Source: Diadema antillarum
Lineage: Eukaryota
Length of the DNA: 64,000 nucleotides
Assembly: GCF_040938485.1 (NCBI RefSeq)
Contig: NW_027271313.1
Span: 930,001-994,000, forward strand
Direction: 5' to 3'
The notes below the pieces were generated by a model, which worked only from the letters and a program-made list of their open reading frames with translations, ran no database searches and was not told where the DNA came from. Below are positions 11,384-21,300 of this stretch, piece after piece. The position numbers and the translations under genes were made by a program. Positions within the stretch are counted from its first letter, which is position 1; every line of letters starts with the position of its first letter.

Positions 11384-12684
11384 GGTCCTTTTGCACCTGT
11401 AGGCCTAGTGACATCACTTGTACTTGCACGAGAAGTAGTCCAGCCCGCGTCGCGGTACTGTTGGGGCAAATTTGAGCTTCCTGATGTAATCTTGCTCCTG
11501 CCCTTGCCATATGCACTCCTGCCATAGTCATATGGGCTGAAACGCTGCTTTTTGAATTGTCTGCTATGCTCACTCCTGAGGACACCCTCAGTTGCTTTTT
11601 GTTCATCTCTTATGTCTTTCATTTGCCTTCCCAGGTCGTCACCAAAAAGGAATTTGGAGACCGGGGTAGAGGGCTTGCAGAGATGCTGGAATTGATAACC
11701 AATGTCTGGTTTCATGAATTCCTTACGCAAGGAATTTAGCTCGAAATTCGCACTGCACAGAAGTGCTAGTGCATCTTGTTGCTGTTCAGTGATATCCTGT
11801 GCCGACACTGTATGTATGTAGGCATTGATGCCTCTCGTGAGATTCTTTTGGAGTCTCTGAAATTTGAGGTCTCGTGTCTTTGAAAAGGCAGGTAGCCCAT
11901 TCCAGATTCTTTGGTTGACTTTCGGCACATCCACCAGCTCACAGTTGCTGGGAATGGGGTATTTAGTGATCGTTTCATCTACCACTTTGGGCTCGAGCTG
12001 GTGGGTCAGAAGGTAGGCTGTAGACTTAGCAATTTCTGGGTCAATGGGGGGACCAACTTCCTCAGCCACAGCAAATTTGGCTGCAATGTTTGGCACTTTC
12101 TCCACTACAGAAGGGGGAACTTCGCCTTCTTCAATATCAAATTTGTCATCACGACTATCCCCTTGACCTGGTTGGATAATCACAGAGTTTTCATCCATAT
12201 CTCGGCCCAGAAATGGTGCCGCATATTCATCATCATAATGGCAGTCAGTATCTGCCGAGTCTGAAGGGGAGTATTCAGAACGAGTCCTGATACTCTTTCC
12301 ATTGCCACCGCCTTCACGGGCTGGTGTCTGCTTTGCCGACTGTGCCTCCACAAATTGAACAACCACAGCTAATTGGCCTTCAAGCTTGCCGAGTCTATCT
12401 TCCAAAGTTGAAACTTTAGAGGCCAGTTTGGCAGGTGGTTTCACTGTTTTGTTTGCACCGGTACTACCGCTAGGGTTAGCACTGCTTGTTGTAGTAGTAC
12501 TATTACTAGTACCTGCCTTGCCGGCTCTAGTAGGCGTTTTACCTTTGGCTGTCGCAGTTTTCTGCTTGCACTCTTGTGCGTGCTGGTCTCCGCGACCCCC
12601 GCCGGTGGCTGCCGGGGACGCGACTGCTGTCAGCAGCGGTGGTGCGGCTGCGCCGCCCACGTTTGGAACGTTGGTCGAAGACAT
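11236..12684 (-). CDS. DIRS-A ORF1, Gag-like protein (482 aa)
   Basis: Long ORF at the ORF1 position. Short coiled coil (STLEDRLGKLEGQL), then a block alignable to DIRS-B ORF1 (VPKVN..IW, RD.K.QR.Q, DALALLC.AN.E.N.LRKE..KPD, LFGDDLG). Confidence 0.92.
   Translation of the reverse strand: MSSTNVPNVGGAAAPPLLTAVASPAATGGGRGDQHAQECKQKTATAKGKTPTRAGKAGTSNSTTTTSSANPSGSTGANKTVKPPAKLASKVSTLEDRLGKLEGQLAVVVQFVEAQSAKQTPAREGGGNGKSIRTRSEYSPSDSADTDCHYDDEYAAPFLGRDMDENSVIIQPGQGDSRDDKFDIEEGEVPPSVVEKVPNIAAKFAVAEEVGPPIDPEIAKSTAYLLTHQLEPKVVDETITKYPIPSNCELVDVPKVNQRIWNGLPAFSKTRDLKFQRLQKNLTRGINAYIHTVSAQDITEQQQDALALLCSANFELNSLRKEFMKPDIGYQFQHLCKPSTPVSKFLFGDDLGRQMKDIRDEQKATEGVLRSEHSRQFKKQRFSPYDYGRSAYGKGRSKITSGSSNLPQQYRDAGWTTSRASTSDVTRPTGAKGPWTGATSHAFLGQRPKGRGKPSAPHTFTYPSQHQPHCGSKQGSGMKRAR
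11313..11359 (-). promoter_or_regulatory. Predicted -1 ribosomal frameshift signal (T TTT TTA plus downstream stem), DIRS-A
   Basis: Heptamer 11359-11353 is phased to the gag frame, and the -1 frame is ORF2. Stem GGGGAG/CTCCCC with a 14-nt loop. Confidence 0.75.
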
Positions 12685-14518
12685 AAATTCCGTTGCTGTT
12701 CAGCTGAAGAATGATCGTTAAAACCAGAAAAAACCTGGCAAAACCTCCCGTAGAGGTAACTTTCGCTATTACGTCGATCCAACTCGAACGAAAACTTGAA
12801 TATTCAAGTGCAATTCCGGCGAATTTTCCGAGCACAGAAATTCGCGTGTTAGCAAGATGGCGGCGACTAACGAATTGAGTGGCGCGCGCACTAGCGGGAT
12901 CTCATATATGACGTAATCTCTCACGAAATTACGATATAAAATGGTTTATTAATTTCGTACCAAAATTTACGTGACGAAGGAGGGTTGCAGATGGATGCGC
13001 ATGAACATTCTCCATACATGTCATCAAATTAAGGCCTGCGGGCGAGGATAACAACTGTCAATACGTTAACATGGGGGACAACAAACCACGTGAATATAAA
13101 ATAGTAACAAAGTTTAAAGATCGGATGACAATCACCTTCAGTTTCACCCATAAAGTTATCACTTCAGCTGTATGAATCAAAGACTGTAGAACAGGACCTA
13201 TGATAACTGCTTTCATTTGTGATCATTACTGTTTGCAATAAACTCCACTATAATGGAAAGTCTCTCAGATCATAATATGCATCTGTCTGTGTGTGAAGTT
13301 CTTTCATTCCGCCATTTTGTGGTAGGTTGTAGTCTTTGAGGTTAAAAGATAGAGAGAGATCGGTGAATGCCCGAAGGCATGTTTGTAGTTATCAATGACT
13401 CCACAACTATGATGGAGTAATGATTATTGTTTAAGGCAACAGCGAGAGAGAAGTATATACATTGATGGAGGAAATGCATCAAATTCTGGAGAGATGCTGA
13501 AGTCTAAAATGAAATGATATTTGGATTGTTATTATTATATTACACAAACTTACAAAGTTGATGACACCGGCTGTACCGGGTTGGTGTAAAACCGTAACGA
13601 CTCAAAATATTATCAAACCAACAAAACATCTCACCTGTGGTGGCACAAAATAATTTGCTTTGCCAGCCGCTTCGGAGTCGGGTCCAAAATCGCCCATCAC
13701 GAACGTGGTAAATCCAGGCATTGCTAAGAGCACACCATCAGATACGTATGAGCAAGGACCTTTAGGATTTTGGTATGAACAGCACAGGAGAAATCACTAG
13801 GCATAAACCACTTAGTGGGGTGGCTTAGTGAAATTATCGTGACACGGCGGACAAAAGCATGATTTTTTCACCAAAGGTACTTCATGATGTACCTTCTCAA
13901 AAAATAGGGTGCTCCAAGAAAATTGATGCTGGGAAGGAGGTCAGAGGTCAAAGGTCAATGACCTTTATTTGTGAAATAGGTTTTTTGGCTATTTCTCAGG
14001 TCAGGAATATCCAATCTGGATAAAACTTGGCAGGAAGAATATTGAGAACAAGTAAAATATTTTGATTGAATTTGGAGTGAATTTTCCAAAGGTCAAAGGT
14101 CAAAGGTCAATGAACTTTTTCTAAAAATCACGTTTTTGTTTATTTCTCCAGGTAGGAAGATTCAATTTTCACAAAATTTGATATGAACGTTGTATAGAAG
14201 GTACCAAGAGTATAAACCAGGGGTTAAATATAATTGTTGATTTGTACGTTGCCATGGCAACCCAAAACTAGGGCTTTTGATTGAAGTTAGTTACAGGAGG
14301 CTATTTTCCAGTTTGGAAGAGATTCTATTTGAATAGGTACAACTGATCGACGGGATGTATAGAGGTTTGAAATACTTTTCATTAGTGTTAAGTGGTATGT
14401 TGCTATGGCAACTACATATATAGATTTTGGCTAAACTTAAAGGAGACTTCAGAACTTATGAATTTGAAGAGATTTCCATCAGGGTTGGTATAATTGATCA
14501 ACAAAAAAGTCGCCAGAC

Positions 14519-15078
14519 AAAGATTTGTCACCTTTATAGCATGTGGGTTGAGTGAATGCACCAACAATAGTAGAACACATCAGTGAGAGTTTGAGGAAAA
14601 TTGGACAATCCGTTCTAAAGTTATGAATTTTTGAAGTTTCTGCTCATGCAGTCGAGGCTGGATGAGAAGACTACTATACCTTGTAATGTCACATGTGTAC
14701 AACGATATAAAGAATGAATAAAGAAAATTCAACATAAATTATTTTCGCTTACAAAAGGATACTCGACTTCTCTTTCAGAAGGCAGGGGGAATTATATTAC
14801 CCTTGACATACGTCAGTAGCAAGTCAAAGAAACTATGTGAACTTTATTCAAAAAGTATGGTTTTGTGAAATTCTCATTTTATTTTCCTTAGAATGTGCGC
14901 ATGTGACATCATACACTGTGGTAGTCTTTTCATCAAGCCGCGACTGTGCAGATACCTTAAAAAATCATAACTTTTGAACGGATTGTACGATTTTTTCCAA
15001 GCTTTCTGTGATGTGTCCTACTAATATTGTTGTATTCACTGAATCCACGTGTGCATGAAGGTGGACTTGTCCTTTAAG
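14519..15078. mobile_element. Kolobok-like MITE nested in the 13.8-17.5 kb element
   Basis: Degenerate ~115-bp TIRs; right end ...GGACTTGTCCT-TTAA; left end eroded. Confidence 0.55.
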
Positions 15079-15761
15079 GACAGATTCCGAAAGAGCAGAC
15101 TGTAAGCTTTAAAATGATGTATAAAACAATTCAAAGGGATTCCCCTAACCTATCTAAATAATAATACCGGTACTGGAAAGAAAGCACACACTCTGGATAA
15201 GTATGAACTGAGAAAAGAGGCTGCATTGTCTATTTTAGCGTTTGATCTTTACCAAGCTGTCTCATGTCATTATGTTCATCTTTTCTTCCCCCCTCCAATT
15301 TTCATTTGAATTTGTCATTATTAATTTTTGATGATAAGAACGATGCCACAAGGCATTGTTTCTTAAAAATGCTTCAACTGCTCCTTCAGGTCCAAAATCT
15401 ACGTCCAATATATATAATTTTCCTGATCTCCTCAACATTTTCCAAAAATAAAGCATACATCTTTTATGCATTGAGTCCTCCTTTTTGTGGATAATTAAAG
15501 GTAAAAACCCAAAATTAGTGCTTGAAAATTATTCTTAGGTGTGAGTTACGGATAGAAAGAACCTCTGTAAAAAAAAATGAATCTGTATAATCAATGTTAA
15601 GTATTGTTAATAACACAAAATGTGAACAATATTTCTATGATAACATGTTTCCAGACTAAACCGTCTGCATTTATGCTTTAATGAGAAAAATACTGATATC
15701 TCTTTATATGTTTGCTTTGATTGCAAAAACTGTATATGGTAGGATGTCTTGTGATACAACA

Positions 15762-15901
15762 GGGGGGGCATTTCATGAAGCAGTTTGGTCAGATATTTTT
15801 CTGACAAACTGTTACAAACTACAGAAATCCTTGCATCTGATTGGCAGAGAGCAAATTTGTCCGACAACTTGTCGGACAAAATGCTTCATGAAATGCCCCA
15901 G
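15762..15901. mobile_element. Harbinger-like MITE (nested)
   Basis: GGGGCATTTCATGAAGCA / TGCTTCATGAAATGCCCC with CAG flanks; related copy at 47712-47864. Confidence 0.7.
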
Positions 15902-17519
15902 ACCTACACATATTATGCATAAAATGTGATATCCTGAACATTTTTTTCAAGTCACTCTCCCAGATGTGTATATATAGGACCTTTAAGTTTTTCTTGTGTT
16001 TGTTCCTGGCAGATTACTAGTACACAAATGCTCCAATCCATGATGACCTAACGGACATTAAGGAAATTAAAATGAATATACTGAAAACCAAAACTACAGA
16101 TACTAATAACTTACTTCATTCTTCTCTCCCCACCCCACCCCTTCTTTTTAGTTTCTTGATATACTAGTAGATCTAGCTGCCTTTGATAATTGTCATTATG
16201 TAACATCATCTTCAATTGACAAGGCGATAAAACTTAACAATCATATTTTCATTATGCTGCTGGACTAATGGGGTTAGTTGAACTATATTGTTTTTAATGT
16301 ACTATACTTTTTCCTCCTATCAATCACATGTATTTTGGGTGGAATGTATTTTGACATAAAGCATCATAGAATCAACCGCCTTTGGGGTCGGGAATTTTGT
16401 CATATTATATTGTGATTTAGATTCTGCTCTATGCCGATTTTGTTTTACTTCTATCAACTTTTTAAACTTCCCCATAGACTTTGTTCACCAGCCAACTACA
16501 TCCCACCCTCTTTGGATAATGTGAACCAATCAAACATTGCTTTTACTTTTTAATAACATGTCTATACATAGCTATTAGACCAAAAATATTCAAACCGTTT
16601 TAAGTCTTTATGAGTGAAATTACAAATATCAATATATTTTTAAAAAAATTCAAATTGTCTAAATTCAACTTCATCTATGAAAACAGACTTTTAACCTTTT
16701 TAAACATTTGAATAACCCCATAAGAAATAAGAAACATATAGAGAGGGGAAGTGCGGACTATAAAAATTGCTTACGGGAACCAGGTAATCCCTGCGCTAAA
16801 CCTATGGAATTCACACAATCTTGGAGGAAACGGGTTAAATTTGTAAGGAAATATGTAGGGCAATACCCAAAACCTTAAGTTCTCAATGGAATATGCAGCT
16901 CTTCTACTGGTAAACTAGTAGTTCTGGGAGAAAAAATGAGCTGTGACATAGTCCTACACCTGGCTCAGTCATTGCCCAAGATTTAAAGTATCTGAGCCAG
17001 AGTCACATGTCACTCTTTGCCATTTCTCTACAGGAGGTAGAGAGTACTAAAAAAAATCCTTTACCAGAAATTATATCAAATTATTTAATGAAAAGGTGCT
17101 TAAGAAAACTGGACTATTCCAACACACCTCCCTCAGGTCTGCAACACAGACTAACCACCTGTTACCATAGGAAAACCAGTAAAAATGGTGTATTACTGTA
17201 AACATGCACATAATATGTCGTATTATGGGTCTGAATTTTAAGACTAGCAACCATGTACATTGCATTGCATTGTACAGAAACCTGGCGAATGCCCCGTGTA
17301 TAGTCTTTGAATTCAGACATTATTGTTATGTACAAATTAAGGGCATTTTCTCATTTTTTCTGTTAGCGGATTTCTTGGAGCACCCCCTAATTTTGATCCT
17401 CATATATACACAAATGTCTGAGGAAAAAATGACACTTTTGTCCGGCGTGTCACGATTATCAGTATATTTGTCACTAAGCCACCCCACTAACTTGAAAAAG
17501 CACCGTTGTTATGTAAACA

Positions 17520-17720
17520 AAAATGTAACAAAGTTTCATTATTACGTCACAGATACTGAAAAGGGCTGTACGCGCACTGGGTTGATGAAGACAAATGCAA
17601 CGCCGATATTATTATTACGTCACTGCGCACACTAGGATGAAGTTCGCGTCATTACGCGCATGTGCACAGAGTGACGCCCTGATATGCGCGTTGATCAGGC
17701 AACGTGACCATGGTTACGTG
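17520..17720. promoter_or_regulatory. CpG-rich promoter-like segment with repeated TTACGTCA (CRE/ATF-like) motifs upstream of the kinase gene
   Basis: ATTATTACGTCAC occurs twice, plus CGCG-rich tracts; homologous segments at ~2600-2720 and ~32510-32620. Function is inferred. Confidence 0.4.
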
Positions 17721-18129
17721 TGTACGTACACGTTCGTACATAACAATTCAACAGTGTACAATCTCTGTGCTTCTTTTTATCGAAAGTGTGTTATCACGAA
17801 AACTCCCGAAGTTTTCCCACTTTTGCGACTTGAGAGACAGTAAATCGTATTTTGTCAGGTCAGTATTGATTATCTACAATCTTTTACATGAGTATTCCTA
17901 ATTTTGCTCATAAATTTCAACGGATTTAAGGATTTACAACTACTTAAAAAATACTTTGTACCGTACTGGCATTCCTCAAGGTCAAGTGAAGGTCATTTAT
18001 TCAACCAGAAGGTCTATACACAATCAATAGGGGGACACTTCATACAGTACCAATAGGCCTTATCATTATCATTCAAATCTTCAATCTTTCTTATATGCAG
18101 ATATTGAGATCTAGTCTGACTCCTACGCC

Positions 18130-18350
18130 ATGGAGGTGTATTCCAAATCCCCAATTCACGTCCCCGTGCCATGGGAGTTACAGAAGAGGTCACGGTGTTA
18201 CGATCCGTACCCTTGGGTCCGCGTCCGGGCCACCGCAGGGTTACCCGCGAACAGCTCGCCTGATGTAAGCAAAAACTATACTCCCCACATTCTCTTATTC
18301 TATGTCGCATGTTCCAAATAAGCAGAAAAACGTATATACGATAAAGTAAG

Positions 18351-18388
<38 letters not shown>

Positions 18389-21300
18389 ACAATTAATTGT
18401 ATTATTATGTATGCACATTAATTAGAGTCATATTCACTGAAAATATACGAAAAAGTGTTTGATACAATAAAAGTGACGATTGGATAAGATTATAAGACCT
18501 ATTGTGAACAATGTTACTACAGATAGTGGGTTTACTGTACATGAGCTGTCGTACAGCTGCCCTACTGAGGTTGTGAAGAAGCATCATTATATTCCTACAC
18601 AGCAGTGTTTCCAGTCTGTAGCGTCATATCAGATTTCCCTTAAAAAGCAGCATCCTGATTCACTTTGAGAACTATTTTTAAAGACGTAGTTTTAAGTTTT
18701 GTTGGTGATGGAAAATGAATGAATGAAGACTAAGTGTTATGCAGCCACAGTAAATGGTGGAAATAGATGCAAAGTGAGATTTTTGCATTACTAAGGTCAG
18801 ATTATTGAATGATAACTTAGTACCGATCCGAGGTACAGGTTTATTGCATTTTACAATCTCTTCATTTCTCATTGTGTGCCAAGCTGGTTGAGACAGCCCG
18901 CCGAATTCCATCACAACCAGTGTACCTGGCTGGTAATCTTCTTCTCCAACGGCTGAAAGAGTCCCTTCAAAACAAGGAGCTGAAGGAACAGATTGGTGTA
19001 CGTAATGCCCCATTTCTTTGATAATCAATTAAGATCCACATGAACACAGGCGTAAGACCCGAGAATACGGTGAACTTACAGTTGTCATACATATCTTTGG
19101 AAGACGATGAAAAAAACATAGAGAAGCCCCCACCCCCACAGACACAAACAAAAAAGATATAAATAAAAAGAAAAGATATTTTATTTCGTGAGTTTACGCA
19201 AGAACTCACAGTGAGAGCCCGCTCAACGCGCGCGCAGTCATATCGCTTCTTCGCACGTTTTGCACGAGGGGCTAAGTTCCCTCATCGCAGTCTAAATCCA
19301 GTTTTATTCGTCCTTTTAACTGTGCATCTTCGCAATATCTTATCATATTGTGGATTGTTATTATTTATAGCTCAGTTAGAGCTGACTTTGCTTCGGAAGT
19401 GGATTTTTATTCACGAGATATCGCGGGATGGAAATTCCGCTTTCCGCTCCCCCACAGCATACAGCTAAGCCTGTCGTGGGTGGCACCACTAGTACGAGCG
19501 CCCTGCATACAGCTAAGTCTGTCGTGGCGATGGTGACTACAGCCGTGCATCATGAACCCAAGTGTTCGCCGGCTAGTAAGGCTCCAACAAAGAAAGAAGG
19601 GAATGGGAAAACCCTTAAAAAACCCACCAAACCGGGCCTAAGTAAGAAGGCAGCTCCCCCTAAAGAGAAGACGGACGCGGAGGTGCTTTCCCGCCTTTCT
19701 AAACTCGAATCCATGTTTGAAAAGGTCATGGAAATACTGCCGTCTCAGCCTACTCGTATCCAACAACAGCAACTACGTGCCGGCCATGTTGGCACGGCTT
19801 GTACCGCAGAAAACCACGGTGGTGTGCCGTTTGGGGGCATGGATGTGTGTGCTACAGACGATAGTACGCAAGCACGCGGTACGCTGCACGACGACCACGG
19901 CGGCAGCAGCTACAGTGGGGATGAATGCGATTTCCCTGCGGCGGCAGCGGGTTACGCACCCGCAGAGCTCACGGGGCGGCCAGTACAAGTGCCATCCTTT
20001 GCTGCAAAATTTGCGGTCTCCGCCTGTGTGGGCGACCCTATCAATGACGAATTGGCAAATTCTACGAATTATCTCATCTCCCATTGTCTGGAGGAAAAAT
20101 CTATGGAAGAGTCAGCGGCAAACTACCCAGCACCGAGCAATTGCCCCAACTTACTAGTCCCTAAAGTCAATCCAGTGATTTGGGATAATGTGACACAGAC
20201 TACGCGCAGCAGAGACGTTAAGCTGCAGAGAGTACAGACATCTCTTACCCGCGGGCTGTGTGCGTTCCTACAAACTCTTCCTACTGACTTGAACGAGGCG
20301 CAACAGGACGCACTCGCTTTACTCTGTAATGCCAATTACGAGATGAATTGCCTGAGAAAGGAGCTGATCAAGCCCGATATGAACGCTGCTTACGCACATC
20401 TGTGCAAGCCTACTACGCCCGTGACCGCGTTTCTATTCGGTGATGACTTGGGACAACGTGTAAAAGATCTCAAGGAGGAGAATAGGGCTGCCTTTAGTGT
20501 GGTTAAAGGCCAGGCTAAGAGATCTACTCATCAGCCGTACCACCCATACAAGCGCACGGCCAGCGGTGGATTCAGCCGGAAGCAATATCGGAACGCAGGC
20601 TGGCTCGCAGCTGGCGATACATCCAGGCCTTTTTTAGGCCAGCAGCAGCGGGGATACAGACATTCAGCCCCGCACACGCAGACTCGCCCACCTCCAGCTC
20701 ATGCGCACAACCGGGGGCAGAGCTACTCGACAGCAACCCCAGCCAAGCCAAACACTGTGTCACGGAGAAAGTAACTGCACTACCCAAGGAGGTAAGTTGC
20801 AGGCCTAGCTCTTGTTGTGGAAATACACAATCTACTCACACTGTACAGTCAGTTTTTGACATTGAACATGTAGATGTTCCATTAGACCTGCCCGTTGGGG
20901 GTCGATTGAGGCATTTTAGCAAACAGTGGAATCATATTACCACTGATCCTTTCATACTTGATGCAATTAGCGGTTACAAACTTGAATTTCAAGAGGCGTA
21001 TAGCCCACCTCACAGAGGTAAACCGCCTTACCACTACAGAGTGGGTAATGCTGAGGAGAGCAAGATTGACATTGAAATTCGAAAACTGGCCGAGAAAGGC
21101 GTAATCGAAGAATGCCAGCATGTGGCTGGAGAATTTGTGTCCAATATCTTTACACGCCCAAAGAAAAATGGGGACATACGCCTAATTTTAGATTTATCGG
21201 ACCTCAATGACAGTCTGAATGTACAGCATTTCAAAATGGATAACATCCATACGGCTACAACCCTAATTTCCCCTGGTTGTTACCTTGCCTCAATCGACCT

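Larger units (their letters stand above)
7816..12944 (-). mobile_element. DIRS1-type tyrosine-recombinase retrotransposon (DIRS-A), full length, RT frameshifted
   Basis: Carries gag-like, RT-RNaseH-MT and YR ORFs. 47-bp perfect ITRs at 12874-12920 and 7883-7929. ICR 8014-8123 is complementary to both termini (8014-8091 vs 7816-7893, 78/78; 8086-8123 vs 12907-12944, 38/38). AAATGG is present at both ends (7816-7821, 12939-12944). Confidence 0.97.
13813..17489. mobile_element. Non-autonomous TIR DNA transposon (TA-flanked), ~3.7 kb, with nested MITEs
   Basis: Inverted ends (T)TAGTGGGGTGGCTTAGTGA / TCACTAAGCCACCCCACTA(A) plus further paired blocks out to ~110-130 bp. The flanks join to match the uninterrupted paralog at ~32480-32500. 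No transposase ORF is seen. Confidence 0.8.

Noticed and set aside
18014-18418. Minus-strand ORF with a PHD-like WYCMKC ending
   Set aside because: The other PHD Cys/His ligands are missing, and it begins in an (ATT)n tract. The plus strand has a better exon (acceptor, GCCATGG, GTAAGC donor).
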